DNA of 63,926 bases, counting the filler, from Intoshia linei (lineage: Eukaryota > Animalia > Orthonectida), in NCBI GenBank assembly GCA_001642005.1. It is 7 parts of 7 records of this genome, joined end to end, with 100 filler letters (N's around TTAATTAATTAA, not from the genome) between each part and the next. Parts side by side here need not be neighbours in the genome. Positions count along the whole stretch, not along the records: positions 35,165 to 41,594 come from LWCA01001672.1; positions 41,695 to 59,521 come from LWCA01000792.1; 5 more parts are not named here. One strand, given 5' to 3'. Of this stretch, positions 37,062 to 49,812 are shown piece after piece. The notes beneath the pieces are model-generated. The model made no database searches and was not told where the DNA came from. It saw only the letters and a program-made list of their open reading frames with translations. A program made the position numbers and the translations under genes. Within the stretch, counting starts at the first letter, position 1; each line of letters begins with the position of its first letter.

Positions 37062-40000
37062 TAGTGATTGTATCGGGAATTAAATTTTCCGGGATCTTTA
37101 CGATTGCACGAAAAAAATTGAGACATACCTGTATTTGATTTATGTTTGTTATTACTATGAAAATATAATTATATTATAATATTTAACGATGATTTATGGT
37201 AAAAACGGCACAAATAAAAATAACAATGTTATAATCATGCAATACACATTGCTGTTCCATTTGTATTATATTCTAGTGATTTGGAAGATTATGTATACAT
37301 ACAATCAGATACTGATTTTAGCTTCGACAGTGACAGTGATGCAGATATACCTTACAGAACGGAATTATTGCCAATATCCGTTGCATTAAATAGAATCAGA
37401 AAAATTGTTAAAGTGTTTAGATCATCTTCTATAAAAAATAATATACTACAAAATTACATATCATTGAAAGAAGGCCGAGTTGAATTTATTGTTGGATATC
37501 CCGACGAGATGGAACTTTACGGCAACTGTGTTGGATCAATTCCTGAAAGTATCAGATTTAGTAATAACTGATTTAAACCAGCCATTCTCAACGGAATCCA
37601 CAGAATTTTTTGAGGTCCATGAAAATTATACAACATTTATAACATATTATAGAAATTTTCAGTACATACAATTTTGTAGTCAATTTTTCTTAACTAACGT
37701 CATATTTTCAAATAATAAAATCGTTTATTCAAAGAAGTAAACCAATAAAACTGACTTTGGTTTTGAAAAAAAGACTACGATTTTAAAATATGATGTTAAC
37801 TATGAAAAAGTGACTTTATGTTGGTGATTTTTAGAAAAAATTTAATTCAAATAAACTAAAATTGATTAAGATCGACATTTTTTCTTCACAGGATCGCTTA
37901 TCTGCATATATTGTAAAATTGAATAATAATGTTAATATTAAAATTTAAAAATTTGTTTAATATTAATAGTTCATCAACTTTATCATCTTGAAAAACTAGA
38001 GTACTCCATCTTATTTGGCCATCACTCGTTTTACAAAAATGTAATGATTCTATAAAAATTGTAATTATTATTAATTTTATTGGAGTTTACAGGTTTTTTG
38101 TAATATTATCTTAGGGGTTCACAGAGAAAAAGCGTTGAGAATGCCTGATCTAAACTTATCATTTATGTGGAATAATGGATTTTTAGATCTAGCTATACAT
38201 ATTTATAATAATCTAAAACCGGTTAAAATTGGTATCGAGGCAAAGAGTAAGGCCGACATGAACTTATTAAAAGCAGATGCTATCATTCAATTTATTTACA
38301 ATGAATTACAAACAATTAATGGAGATTACTCGATAAAATTACAGTTAAAGTTAAAAAGTGAAATAATAAAAATGAAAAGCAAAGAACTGTTAACTCTTAT
38401 TAAATTTCTACATAATTGCAATCATTTTAGACTGAAAACGAACTGCACTCCCTATTATCTCTCTATGTGTACAAAAAGTGAAACATTAATATTTTGTAGA
38501 TCGATTATTTAAAGAAGATATCATTTATTCAGATGAAGAGATATGTGATGTAAAAGAAATATATATATTCGAAAGATTGGAAAAATTTATTTCTGATAGT
38601 ATGAAGTCAAATAATATATTATCAAATTCTCACAATTTATATGATAATTAGATCGATATAAAAGAACTGGAACGCTATCATCAAGATTGTTAAAATTAAA
38701 GGAAGCCCTTATGACCGTTCAACCTACGTCAACACAAAATGAAAGAAATTTCTCTACTGCTTCTAATTTCGTTACAAAACGTAGAACGCGTTTAAATGAC
38801 GAATATATCAATATCAAAACAATTATGTGTTTTAGAACACTTTTTGAACAATCTAAAATAAATAAATTTTTTTATAATTAATTTTTAAATTTCAATCTAG
38901 ATTCGTGTTATTTCATTAATTAAATTTCTTTTTGTTTCTAAAATTAATTAAGGTTACTAAAATTTTTAATGCTTCTTTATTATATATGAACTAGCTTGAC
39001 TGTTATGTACTACGTACAAACATCACCTAGCTCTGCCAAGGCATATTTTTATTATACCAAAAAAATAAATTCATGTTGAAAATCTAACTTAAAAATCCAC
39101 TATTCACTATTATCCATAAACAAGTGGTTCCCAAACTTGTTTCAGGTGGAACCATCATATGACATTACTATTGAAAATCTAACTTAAAAATCCTACTATT
39201 CACTATTATCAATTCTTTAAAGGAAAAAATAAATTCACGTTGAAAATCTAATTTAAAAATCCTACTATTCACTATTATCAATCCTTTAAAGGAGTGGTTC
39301 CCAAATTTGTTTCAGGTGGAACCATCATATCACATTACTTTTTAGTTTAAAGTGAATTATTCCATCATAATTTTTTGTTTGTTAACATTTGCGTAAAAAT
39401 TTTTTAAAACAATTGTTATCCCATTTTTTTAATTTATTAGACAAATTGTGTCTATAATATTAAAAATAAAGTAAAAACAGTCCAATCCTAAAAATTGTCA
39501 TAAATAGCATAAATTCCAGAAAAAATAAAATTAAGAAACCTATTTTGTCATTTTCAATGTGATGACATATATTCAGTATCAATTTAATAAATAAATCCTA
39601 AAAATTGTCATAAATAGCATAAATTCCAGAAAAAATAAAATTATAAACTATTTTTTCATTTTCAATGTGATGACATATATTCAGTAACCATTTAATAAAT
39701 ACTTAAAAATACCAATTGTGTATCAATAATTAACTAAATCTTCACTTTATAAATATTTCAGTTGAAATTAAACATTACAAAGGATTGTAATATAACAATG
39801 ATATTAACAAAGTTTTTTAGTTTCGTTGTTGTAATTTCTTATTTAAGTTTGAATGTTTTGATAAAAATGTTTTGACAATAAAAATTTGAAATTTAAATAT
39901 TGCGTAGCAATGAAAAAAATTCCGAAGGAATGAATTATATAAATTTTCATCCATATGTCTTTATTGGAAATGTGTAGACGTACAATACACATTTTTTTTA

Positions 40001-40729
40001 AATTGTAGGATAAATATTTACATTTTCGAATTTAATCGAAATATTTGAAAAATATTGGTTGATAATACATTAAAAATTATTTTTCTTCGGGAATGCGTAG
40101 ATTTCTGGGGTTAAAATTTTGTATTTATATCAAATAGAGTAAGCTCTATCAGAATAATTTTTTTTTTAATTTTCAGACTGTTAATTATTTTGACATTTTT
40201 TGTTTTAATAAAATATTTTGGATTAAAAATATATAAATACTAAAATACTTTTTTGACCGTGAAGTCGTTACTTATTTTAATTTAAATTTTTTGAAATTTT
40301 AGAGCTGTTTTCATTAAAAAAATAAGGGTAATTTGTGGTTTTGGCCCTGAAGATATAATTTTTTTAAATTTATATTTATGGCAATGTTAATAATTTTAAA
40401 ATTTGTATCAGCGTATATATTTTTTTGAATTTTCCAACTCGTTTCATTTTCAAAAAGAACAACAACAGGGGTTTTTGACCAGTAAGATGTGAAATTGAAA
40501 ATTTGGAATTTATCTTATTATATGTTCCGGAAAAAACTGTAATTGAAATGTGGACTTTATAAAATTCTAAGACTGGTATTTATTGAAATAAAGTAAAACA
40601 CACACACAAACAAAAATTGCGTAGCCTTTTATATAAGTTAGGATAAAAAAATTATATTTTCCCGGGAAATTTAATTTTTAATTTCCCAGTTCTCGACTGT
40701 TGTCATTTTCCGGAAAATCACAATCACTA
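37062..40729 (+). mobile_element. Decayed hAT transposon with a nested Helitron
   Basis: TIRs TAGTGATTGT (37062) and ACAATCACTA (40729). Broken ORFs read RIRKIVKVFRSS, LLLDIPTRWN and VQPTSTQNERNFSTASNFVTKRRTRLND (hAT dimerisation region). No clean 8-bp TSD. Confidence 0.85.
38991..40643 (-). mobile_element. Composite non-autonomous Helitron with both termini
   Basis: The minus strand starts A|TCC at 40643 and ends hairpin TGTACGTAGTACA-TAACAGTCAAG-CTAG|T at 38991. Internal tandem duplications at about 39060-39340 and 39482-39700. Confidence 0.8.
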
Positions 40730-41749
40730 TTCAACTTCCTTGATTTAGCTTCTAGAACAGGGGTGCACTACATTGGGAAAGTTTAAATCTATTTTAAGAA
40801 AGAGGGCAAATTCAAAAATGTAACTCTTTGATTTTTTTTTCTGAATTTTTCAATTGCCTGTAACATATACATTAAAACAGTGGTTACCGATTAAGGTCAA
40901 AAATTCGATTACGTATCTAAAGTTTTTAATTTTAACCTAAAAAGCTGCTGTACAATTATGATGCTAGTTATTTTAAGTTAAAATTTGATATGTTTGGCTC
41001 TCAGAATTGGACTACAGATATATCGTTATTATATTGATGAAAGCGTATATGTTTCTGTCGGAATTTTGGTACTAATGGATTTTATGTACATTATATATTT
41101 TACATTTGCACCACTACTTTTATTAATTTTACATCGATGATACAAAAATCGTTCATTTCATGTTATTGCACATTTTCGGAAGCTGCCGATGTTATGTAAT
41201 TTTTATTTAATAAATTAATAATATGAATATCTTTCATTTCTAAAATCCTTGGCCACATCATAAATTGTTTGATTTGAGTAAAGATCCTAAAGTTATGTTT
41301 AGTTGTAGTTTTTATCATATTATTCATAAATTTGACAACAAATCAGAATTATAAAAATATTATCAACCATTTTCAATTTATTTAGTTTATCGTAGCATAT
41401 ATCAGGAGTCCTTATACTCATGCTACTGGAAAAATTCATTGTTACTGTCAAATTTATTGTAATGTAACTATAAATATGTGCATATTAAAAATTTTTTGAA
41501 AAATTTCGCATAATTTATGTTTTTTAAAAATCTAAAACTTTGATCATTTAAAAAAAGTAATTTAATATAATTTTATTTTTCAGCTGGTCTCGATNNNNNN
41601 NNNNNNNNNNNNNNNNNNNNNNNNNNNNNNNNNNNNNNTTAATTAATTAANNNNNNNNNNNNNNNNNNNNNNNNNNNNNNNNNNNNNNNNNNNNAAAATA
41701 TTAGATAAATATATATAAAATTACTAATATTTAATATTCTATCATTTAT

Positions 41750-42145
41750 TTTTAATCACCGCTACAATTCTTCTAGGGAATGAGGCATACAACCCTTAAA
41801 TAGTTTTTAGAGGTACGCTGTCCCATTCGTCGTGTATATATCCATAGTTCTTCTCAGTTGACTGATGTAGCTTATAAACCGTATCTTTCAAATATTTCAC
41901 ATGTCTTCAATAATGTTTAAATCTGGACTTTGTACCGGTCAATCTTTTAATTTTTTTATACGATTACCGTTTATAAATGAACAAGTTGTCTTTGCTGTTT
42001 GACACGGTTCACAATCTTGATGTTTCTTCAATCCATCCAAAAATGTTATTTGTTTGCTTTTCTAAGGATTCTCTGGTATTCTAGAGCATTTATTTCTCCT
42101 ATACACTATATTAATACTATTTTTTCATTTTCCCTAATACCATTT
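41750..42145 (-). mobile_element. Tc1 transposase remnant
   Basis: The minus strand reads QDCEPCQTAK...KD*PVQSPDLNIIEDM*NILK, a decayed WP.QSPDLN.IE..W motif. Confidence 0.8.
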
Positions 42146-42859
42146 AATTACCATTAAATTAAAACAAATTCCAGACAGTGACAGGGTTAACATAACAATT
42201 TAACTAAAGTTGTTTTTTGTATATATTTTTCATTGTTCTTTACCACGATAAATATGGACAGTGTCCATTGGACACTAATAAAATTTGGCAGTATAATGTT
42301 CATATTGAACAGGATTGACTGTATTTTGGCTGATAACTTAAAAATGTTGACGTTATAATCCAGGGATTATTTAACCTTAAATCAATTTTGATCATTAATG
42401 CGGCTTGGACGTATTATAAAATATTCCATGTTAGATATTAAATGAATGGTTTACAAATAACTAATAAAATAATTATATTTTAACTTCGTATTAACTTAAT
42501 GTTTTAATTCATTTGAACTTGAAATATTTGTATTTTTGTTTGTATTTTGTTTGTTAGTAAATTTATAAAATGTTTGTTAATAAATTGATTTGGCTTAATT
42601 AATTATTTTAGTATTATGATTTTCCTATAATTACAAGTATATGATAATTTACATTAATTTTATACTGTGTAAAAATATGTTTGAAACGTGCACCTTCTGC
42701 AAAGGTCATAACAGTCAAGTTAACATAAGATAAGTTAAGATATTACATGACGACTAGTGGAATCCTTCAACACTGTCTGAAGCACGACTCGGTACGATCC
42801 GAAGTTCTTGCTTAGAGCATGTCGAAAAGTTTAATATTGTTCCTATTTGTGTTCTGATT

Positions 42860-42911
42860 TGTACGGCAGAACTAGATGCTGTTTGTACGTAGTACATAAC
42901 AGTCAACCTAG
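42860..42911 (+). mobile_element. Helitron 3' terminus
   Basis: GTTTGTACGTAGTACATAACAGTCAACCTAG, the same hairpin plus CTAG end. Confidence 0.65.
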
Positions 42912-43735
42912 ATTTTCATAAATTTATATTGGAATAATTCATTCTAATTAGGCTTTGAAATGCAAAAAAGGTTATTAAAGTTACATAAGAAGGCAAGTGA
43001 CTGTCCCTAAACAAGTAAATAAAGCGTGTTAATAATTTACTTTTCTTTTTTAATACTCTCGCACTCATGATCTGTAATTGTATTTGTAAATATAATATGT
43101 TAAAAAAATTCCACAACAAGCATTACAGTTGAAAACACCTATAACTCATTCGTACAATTGTCGAGATGGTGCATCTATTCTACCATTATAATACTAAATA
43201 CATTTTAAATTAATCCGAATTCCAAAATATCTAAGAGGTTAATTGTATATATTAACTTATGAATGACACAAATATAAAATTAAGGTTAAAAATTGATTAA
43301 GGATAATAAATTGCAATATTTATCATGAATTTTCATCAAAATCGTGATTTATGAAAATATTTGAAATTAAAACAGATGTAGACTATATTTTGAAAAGATA
43401 TTAGTCAATCATTCTTTTCAAAAATAAACTTGTGTATTAATTTAAGTTTCATGAACCCATTTTTAATTTCATTAATTAAATTCATTGATTTATAATTAGA
43501 TATACCTAATGAGCAGCATAATAACAGAATTATAAAATTAAAATAATTATCAGTGTTTACTTTAAGGTTATCCCAGAGATACAAAACACTTTTTGTCTCA
43601 GTCTTATTAAGGGGGAATTTCTTCGAGTCATTCATTTCTATGTGGGTAGTAAAATTCTGATTACAATTATGAAAATTTTTTTTTATTCGGTAAACCAAAT
43701 TAGTCAGTTACTTTCAAAGTAAAGATGGGCCTGGT

Positions 43736-44510
43736 CATGGGCGGATCTAGGTGGGTGCAGGGAGCGGTCGCCACTGGCTTCATAAATATGCTCTAAATAT
43801 TTTAATTTGCATATTAACTTTCTTTATGTAAAATTAAAAAAAATTTTTAAAACCCATCAAAATGCGTTTATTGAATTATAATTCATGCTAGTTATCATTG
43901 TTTACCTTTTATGTATATTAATTTGTTATTAGAGTTTAACAGCAGTTTAAGTTAAATTATCTGATTTAACGTTGGTTATAATCGAAAGAGAACTTGCCAA
44001 AAATATTGATTTTGATGCAGGTGCTGAAAAATTTAGTATGATGAAAACTAGAAAAAAATATAAATTATTTTAAATAAAGAAATATATTAATAAACATAAT
44101 ATAAAAATTCAAATTTAAATACATTATATGAGTTTAGCCCCTAATAATTACTTCGCCACCTATAGGGCGGATCCAAGAGGCTAGTTAATGGGATGCGAAC
44201 AAAGCGAGCAATATATTTAACTTTAAAAAATTTTAGAGGCGTCTCTTTTAATATCAAGGCGTCTATTTTGATTTTAAAGCGTCTCTTTTAATTTTATTTA
44301 AAGGTTGTTATACAATAGTTTTCAAATTTATATTTTTTCGCAAAAATAAAAAAATGTAATGTTATGCGCCATCTATATTGTTATAATAAATTAAAATCTT
44401 TTTCAGTTATTATACAAAACATTAATTAAAAATTTAGGGGTGCAACTGCACTTTTTGCACCCCCTTGAATCCGTCCTGACCTTTGGCTGAAAATCCTAGA
44501 TCCGTCACTG
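43736..44510 (+). mobile_element. hAT-derived non-autonomous element with a nested related MITE (about 44163-44478)
   Basis: Terminal inverted pair GGCGGATCTAGG / CCTAGATCCGTCACTG and inner pair GGGCGGATCCAAG / CTTGAATCCGTCC. Residual coding ELAKNIDFDAGAEKFSMMKTRK resembles a hAT C-terminus. Confidence 0.65.
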
Positions 44511-44742
44511 CATGGACCCTTATTAGTCATTCATAAGTTGTATTATGTAATGTAATTTAGGATAACTTAATTTAGGAGGTGAATGAAACCAAGGTAAGGT
44601 TTAAAATATACGGTTTTATATGCTTTGTAATAAAGACAAATTGCTATATATTGGTTGAAATAGAAAGTATTTTTGGTAAGCACGAATAAAAATGAATATT
44701 ATAATACATGATTTCGTAAACAACCTGTAAACAATATAACTA

Positions 44743-44814
44743 CATTGACGATTCCATATAAGCACACTTTATATATGTGCTTATATAAAGTGTGCTTATA
44801 TGAAGTCTTCATTG
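44743..44814. repeat. 72-bp fold-back mini-MITE
   Basis: A perfect 21-bp inverted repeat (44755-44775 and 44782-44802) with a 6-nt loop, extended by imperfect arms out to TA flanks. Confidence 0.8.
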
Positions 44815-46124
44815 TAAATGGTTTATTAACGATAAACAGTTTAGTCAAAAAAGGTTAAATCAATTTATTGAAAACGCTGCATGATATGATTTAAAATAAT
44901 GTTATTATGAACCCTATATAGATTGCTTAATCGATAGTTCATTATCTATAAAATAAAAATACCTAATTGGACTGTTAAATTAACAGTGTTAATAGAATAT
45001 TTTATCCTACGATAATTTATGCTTAATAAATTTCCAACGTTACCTATAAATAAATTAAAAAGGTAGACCCTCATGATTGTAGGCCCGGCCATATGAACCC
45101 GCTAGCCCTCTCTTAACGACCCTGCGTATGAAAGCAAACACTAAATAATTCCATTTGGATTTTTGATGCAAATTATAAAGTAATTAAACGAATCCTAACT
45201 ATTACTATTTTTTTAAACAAACACTAATATTACTATATTATATATATTTCAATATATCTAGTAAAATTGAGAAGAATTAAATTTTGCACCCTTTTAAAAA
45301 TCGATAAAATTTCAACTTGTTAAAATCTTTATTTATAAATATTTGATTTTTCAGTTTTATACACATATATCAATGTTATATATAGGTTGAGTACATTTGC
45401 GTAGATTTATTACAATTTTAGTTAAACTTTATAATTAATAGGAATGAATATCCTAAAAATGTTATAATCATATCACTTGACTTATTTATTTTATATATTA
45501 ATTTTAAATTTTTATTGATCGATTCACTTTAATGTCAATATGATAATATGTATATTGTTGCCATTTACCATTTAATTTCAGTTTAAATTTTGAACACAAT
45601 TCTATATAAAAGTCTCTTAAATTCTCTACACACTAAAAAAATAATCAAAGGTATTTTTATAATATTAGTTATATGAATGTTAAATAATTATTTATTAATT
45701 TTAAATTTAAAAAAGTTTCACAATTACTAAATTCACCCACTTTCAGTTTATAAAACATTTCGGCTTACAAAAAGTATTATTATTATGTTTTGAAAACAGT
45801 GAACCATCTATAGGTTATTTCATTAAAGGATCGTTTCATAAAGTTTTTTCAAATTGGTCCACCAAAGAAATTAAAGATTCAATTTTATTTTTGATACATT
45901 TGATAAATAAATTAAAATTAACAGTAAGACGTAAGTGTGGGTAACCGTCCGTTTAAAGTTACTAAAAGTTTAGTCTGCACAATGTGCAGTGCATATAATT
46001 ACAATTATATTTATCATTATTAAATTTGATTTTCTTTAAACCAATTATTCCCAAACTTTTTCCATAATGGACCACTGTCAAAAAAAATAATAGCTTTAAT
46101 CCTGAACATGTCACTAAGGTAACT

Positions 46125-47025
46125 AAGGTAGCTCTGCAGAGGGCAGACCGTTTATTTTTATTCTACTAAAAAAATACATTCACGTTGAAAATCTTACTTA
46201 AAAATCCTACTATTCACTATTATCAATTCTTTAGAGGAGTGGTTCATGAACTTCCAAAAAAAATTCTGAAAGAATGAATTATATAGATTTTCACCCATAT
46301 TTCTTTATTGGAAATGTGTAGACGTTCAATGAACATTTTTTTTGAAATTACAAAATCAATATTTACATTTTCAATTTTTATTTTAATCGAAATATTTCAA
46401 AAATATTGGTTAATAATATATTAAAAATTATTTTTCACCGGGAATTCGTAGATGTCTGGGTTGAAATTTTATATCAACTGGAATAAGCTCTAGCAGAATA
46501 ATATTTTTTTTTAATTTTCGGACAGTTAATTATTTCACATTTTTTGTTTTAATATAATATTTCGGCACAAAAATATGAATATTAAAATGCTTTTTTGACC
46601 GTGAAGTCGTCACTTATTCGAATTGAAATTTTCTGTGTTGTTAACAAGATACAAATGTAAAACCTGTAAATTTTTTGAAATTCTAGGGCTGTTTTCATTA
46701 AAAAAAAAAGTAATTGGGGGTTTTGGCTCCTGAAGATATTTTTTTTAAATTTAAATTCATGGTAATGTTTATGATTTTGAAATCCGTATCAGAGTATATA
46801 TTTTTTAAATTCTCCAACTTGTTTGATTTTCAAAAAGAGGGACAACTGGGGTTTTTGACCCGTAAGATGTTAAATTGGGAGGTTTAAATTTATCTTAATA
46901 TCACACCCGGAAACAACTGTAATAGAAATGTGGACTTTATAAAATTTTAAATTTGGTAGTTATTTCAATAAACGGTAACACACACCCACAAACAAATATT
47001 GCATAGCATATTATATAAGTAAAGA
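46125..47025 (-). mobile_element. Non-autonomous Helitron, near-complete
   Basis: The 3'-side block (AGCTCTGCAGAGGGCAGAC...CTACTATTCACTATTATCAA) is joined to the body of about 750 bp ending ATATTATATAAGTAAAGA|T. This links the two repeat types into one element. Confidence 0.8.
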
Positions 47026-49812
47026 TTTAGATAAAAATTAATGTGTTTATTTATTTGTTTATTCCAGTTCATTTAGGAAAGTAATAGGTGTAGAGTTTTA
47101 CGAATACATATTTCCAATACAATTTTTCAAGGGTGATGTTTTATCGTCAATTTAATTTTCAGAAATAGAGTCCTTCAAGGTCAAAAACCCTACAGCGGTA
47201 AGCAAAATTTACTTTTTTCTCCCCTTTGTTAAGAATGAGTATGGGTCTTTTTTATTTTTTTCCTTTACCCTTGTGTCCTTACCCATTCATCCTTTTTTAA
47301 TAAAATTCGAACGAGTCCTAAAATTATAGAAAATACACAATCTGATAAAAATTTTTAAATCATCACCATTATGATAAATCTCATTTTCAAACTATTATAT
47401 AATCACGAAAAAAACAACAAAATAACATTTTTTAGTAAAAATGATAAAATTCCTAGAATTTCATACAATATAAATTGTGTTTAGGATATAAAACTATAAA
47501 CATTATCATAATTCGCAAGCCCTAAAAATTGCATTTTCAAGATTAAAACTTCAGATTACACTTTTTTTACAAAATAGTCCTAGAATTTTAAAAGGAATTA
47601 CAGTTGATAAAGTAATATCCAGATAACTCACACCACTATATTAAGTAAAATAATAGGTGAATGGTCAAATGTCGAAAAACAATGAATGAGAACCTTAAAC
47701 ATTAACAAGAAATATATAGTATATATTAGACTAGACAACAAAATAAAAACTTTTTTCGAGGATCTGCATGAGACCCATACAAATAAAAAGCTAAAATTTT
47801 CCTGATCAACATGATACTTCTCTTTTTAATTGTACAGGTCACTATCAAAAGATAATGATTGACAACATCATAGCAACTAAGCTATTTCAATTAATTTTAG
47901 TTTCTTAATTTTTAATTTAATTATAGTATATAAGATATTTAAATTTTTTTTTAATATATATGAAAATGATAGCGGATAATACATAATACATTTAAATTAA
48001 AAAGAAATGAATATTAAATAAATCACAGGTGTACAAAAATTTAAGTGAGGACAGGCGCTTTAACAGGATGAACATCTAATATGAGCTATAATGAACCTTT
48101 TAACAATACATTCTAGTGTCTAAATCCAGATTTACGGAAAAGATTTATTTCGATATTTTTCGATCGATGATGAAACTAAATTATATATTTCCATTGGAAT
48201 TGGTAAAGTTGAACTCTTGGTGGCCGGATAAGAGTAAAGGCTTAATTTATTTGTTTGTTTTATTATTTTCAGAATACATAAATAGTCATTCCCATTTTCT
48301 GAATGTTTCCAAATTCTAGGTTTCACAAATCTCTTTTTAAATCTCATTATAGACGAATGTCACGTTTGATATAGATTTGAGGGATTTCAAATTTGATTCT
48401 TGTATATTAAACTGTATATTTGTATTATCAAATTTTTACATTTATCAGTTATAAAGTAACACTTTTTAGTGTTTGGCAAATATATACCACATCAAAAGCA
48501 ATAATATGTTTCGTTCATTTCGTAGATGTGCATTTTAAATTAATAAATAAATATTCAAACTTTAAAAACTTCACCTTTTTTATAGTAAATATTATTTTAA
48601 ATAATATAATTGGTCAATTTTAGAATTGAAGTGAAACTTTGTTATTTTTTTTAACATTAAAAGTGTTAATAAATGGGTTATATGAACTAAAACTTATAAA
48701 TATATTATATCATTAAAATCAGCGCTAGATTATCCACAAGATGGTATTATTTTTATGCAGATGTATTTTTTAGTGTTGTCTAGTGTTATATACCTACACT
48801 CACAAGTATTACAGCTACTACTGTGAGTCAAATTGGGTATTTTCTGATATCTGCAATATAATTACTAAAAAAATAAACATTTAAATATTTTTGTAAATAA
48901 ATTATAAAGATTAAATTGTTTTTGATGTCAAATAAATGTATTCGGTAAATTTCCAACCTTAATTAACGATTATAAAAAATATATGCAAAAATGCACTTAA
49001 AGAAGATCAATTAACATGGTTATGAGATATGACATGTCCTCTGGTACACCTTGATATGACAAAATCATCAAAACCAAGTAACAGCAATCAAGTCATTGAT
49101 ATAATAAAATATAATTTTAGGACTGATTTGATTTTTAAAAAAATGGATAATTGGGGTTTTTCACCTTGTATGACTCAATTTCTAAAAATTAAATTGACGA
49201 AAAATTAGTATTATAAAGTGGTAATTTTAAAACTCTACACCTCTTACTTTCTTTAATAAACTGGAACACACGAATAAATAAACAGACATGTATTTTTAAC
49301 TAAATTGATTTATATAAGTAAGAAATTTTTACTAAGGATATACTTTAATATTAATACACATCTAATGTATCAATTAATTTCGAAATTGTTGAAACATCTG
49401 GTAAATGAATTGAAATAATTAAATAAACAAATTTGATATGACATAAATTGTGTTATAAATATATTACAAAAAAATTGATACAATACTATGTATAACAAAT
49501 ATATCGTGTAAATTTATGAAATCAATGTTTAATTGTATTGAATTTCAAAATAGTGTGCAAATTGTTATTTATTAGTTGCAATTTATTGATTGAATTAATT
49601 GGAATTTAATTTAATGTATAATTTGTCAAATTCTTTCAAAATATTAATAGTTTTTAAATGACAAATTTAGGTAAATATATTGTTTTAGAATTTATCAAAA
49701 CAACTTAATGATACAATTTACAATACAAAATTACATTTTTTGTATTTATTTTTTATATATTCTATATTTTAGCATACACATATACATAAAACCTAATAAC
49801 CATTAAGGATTT

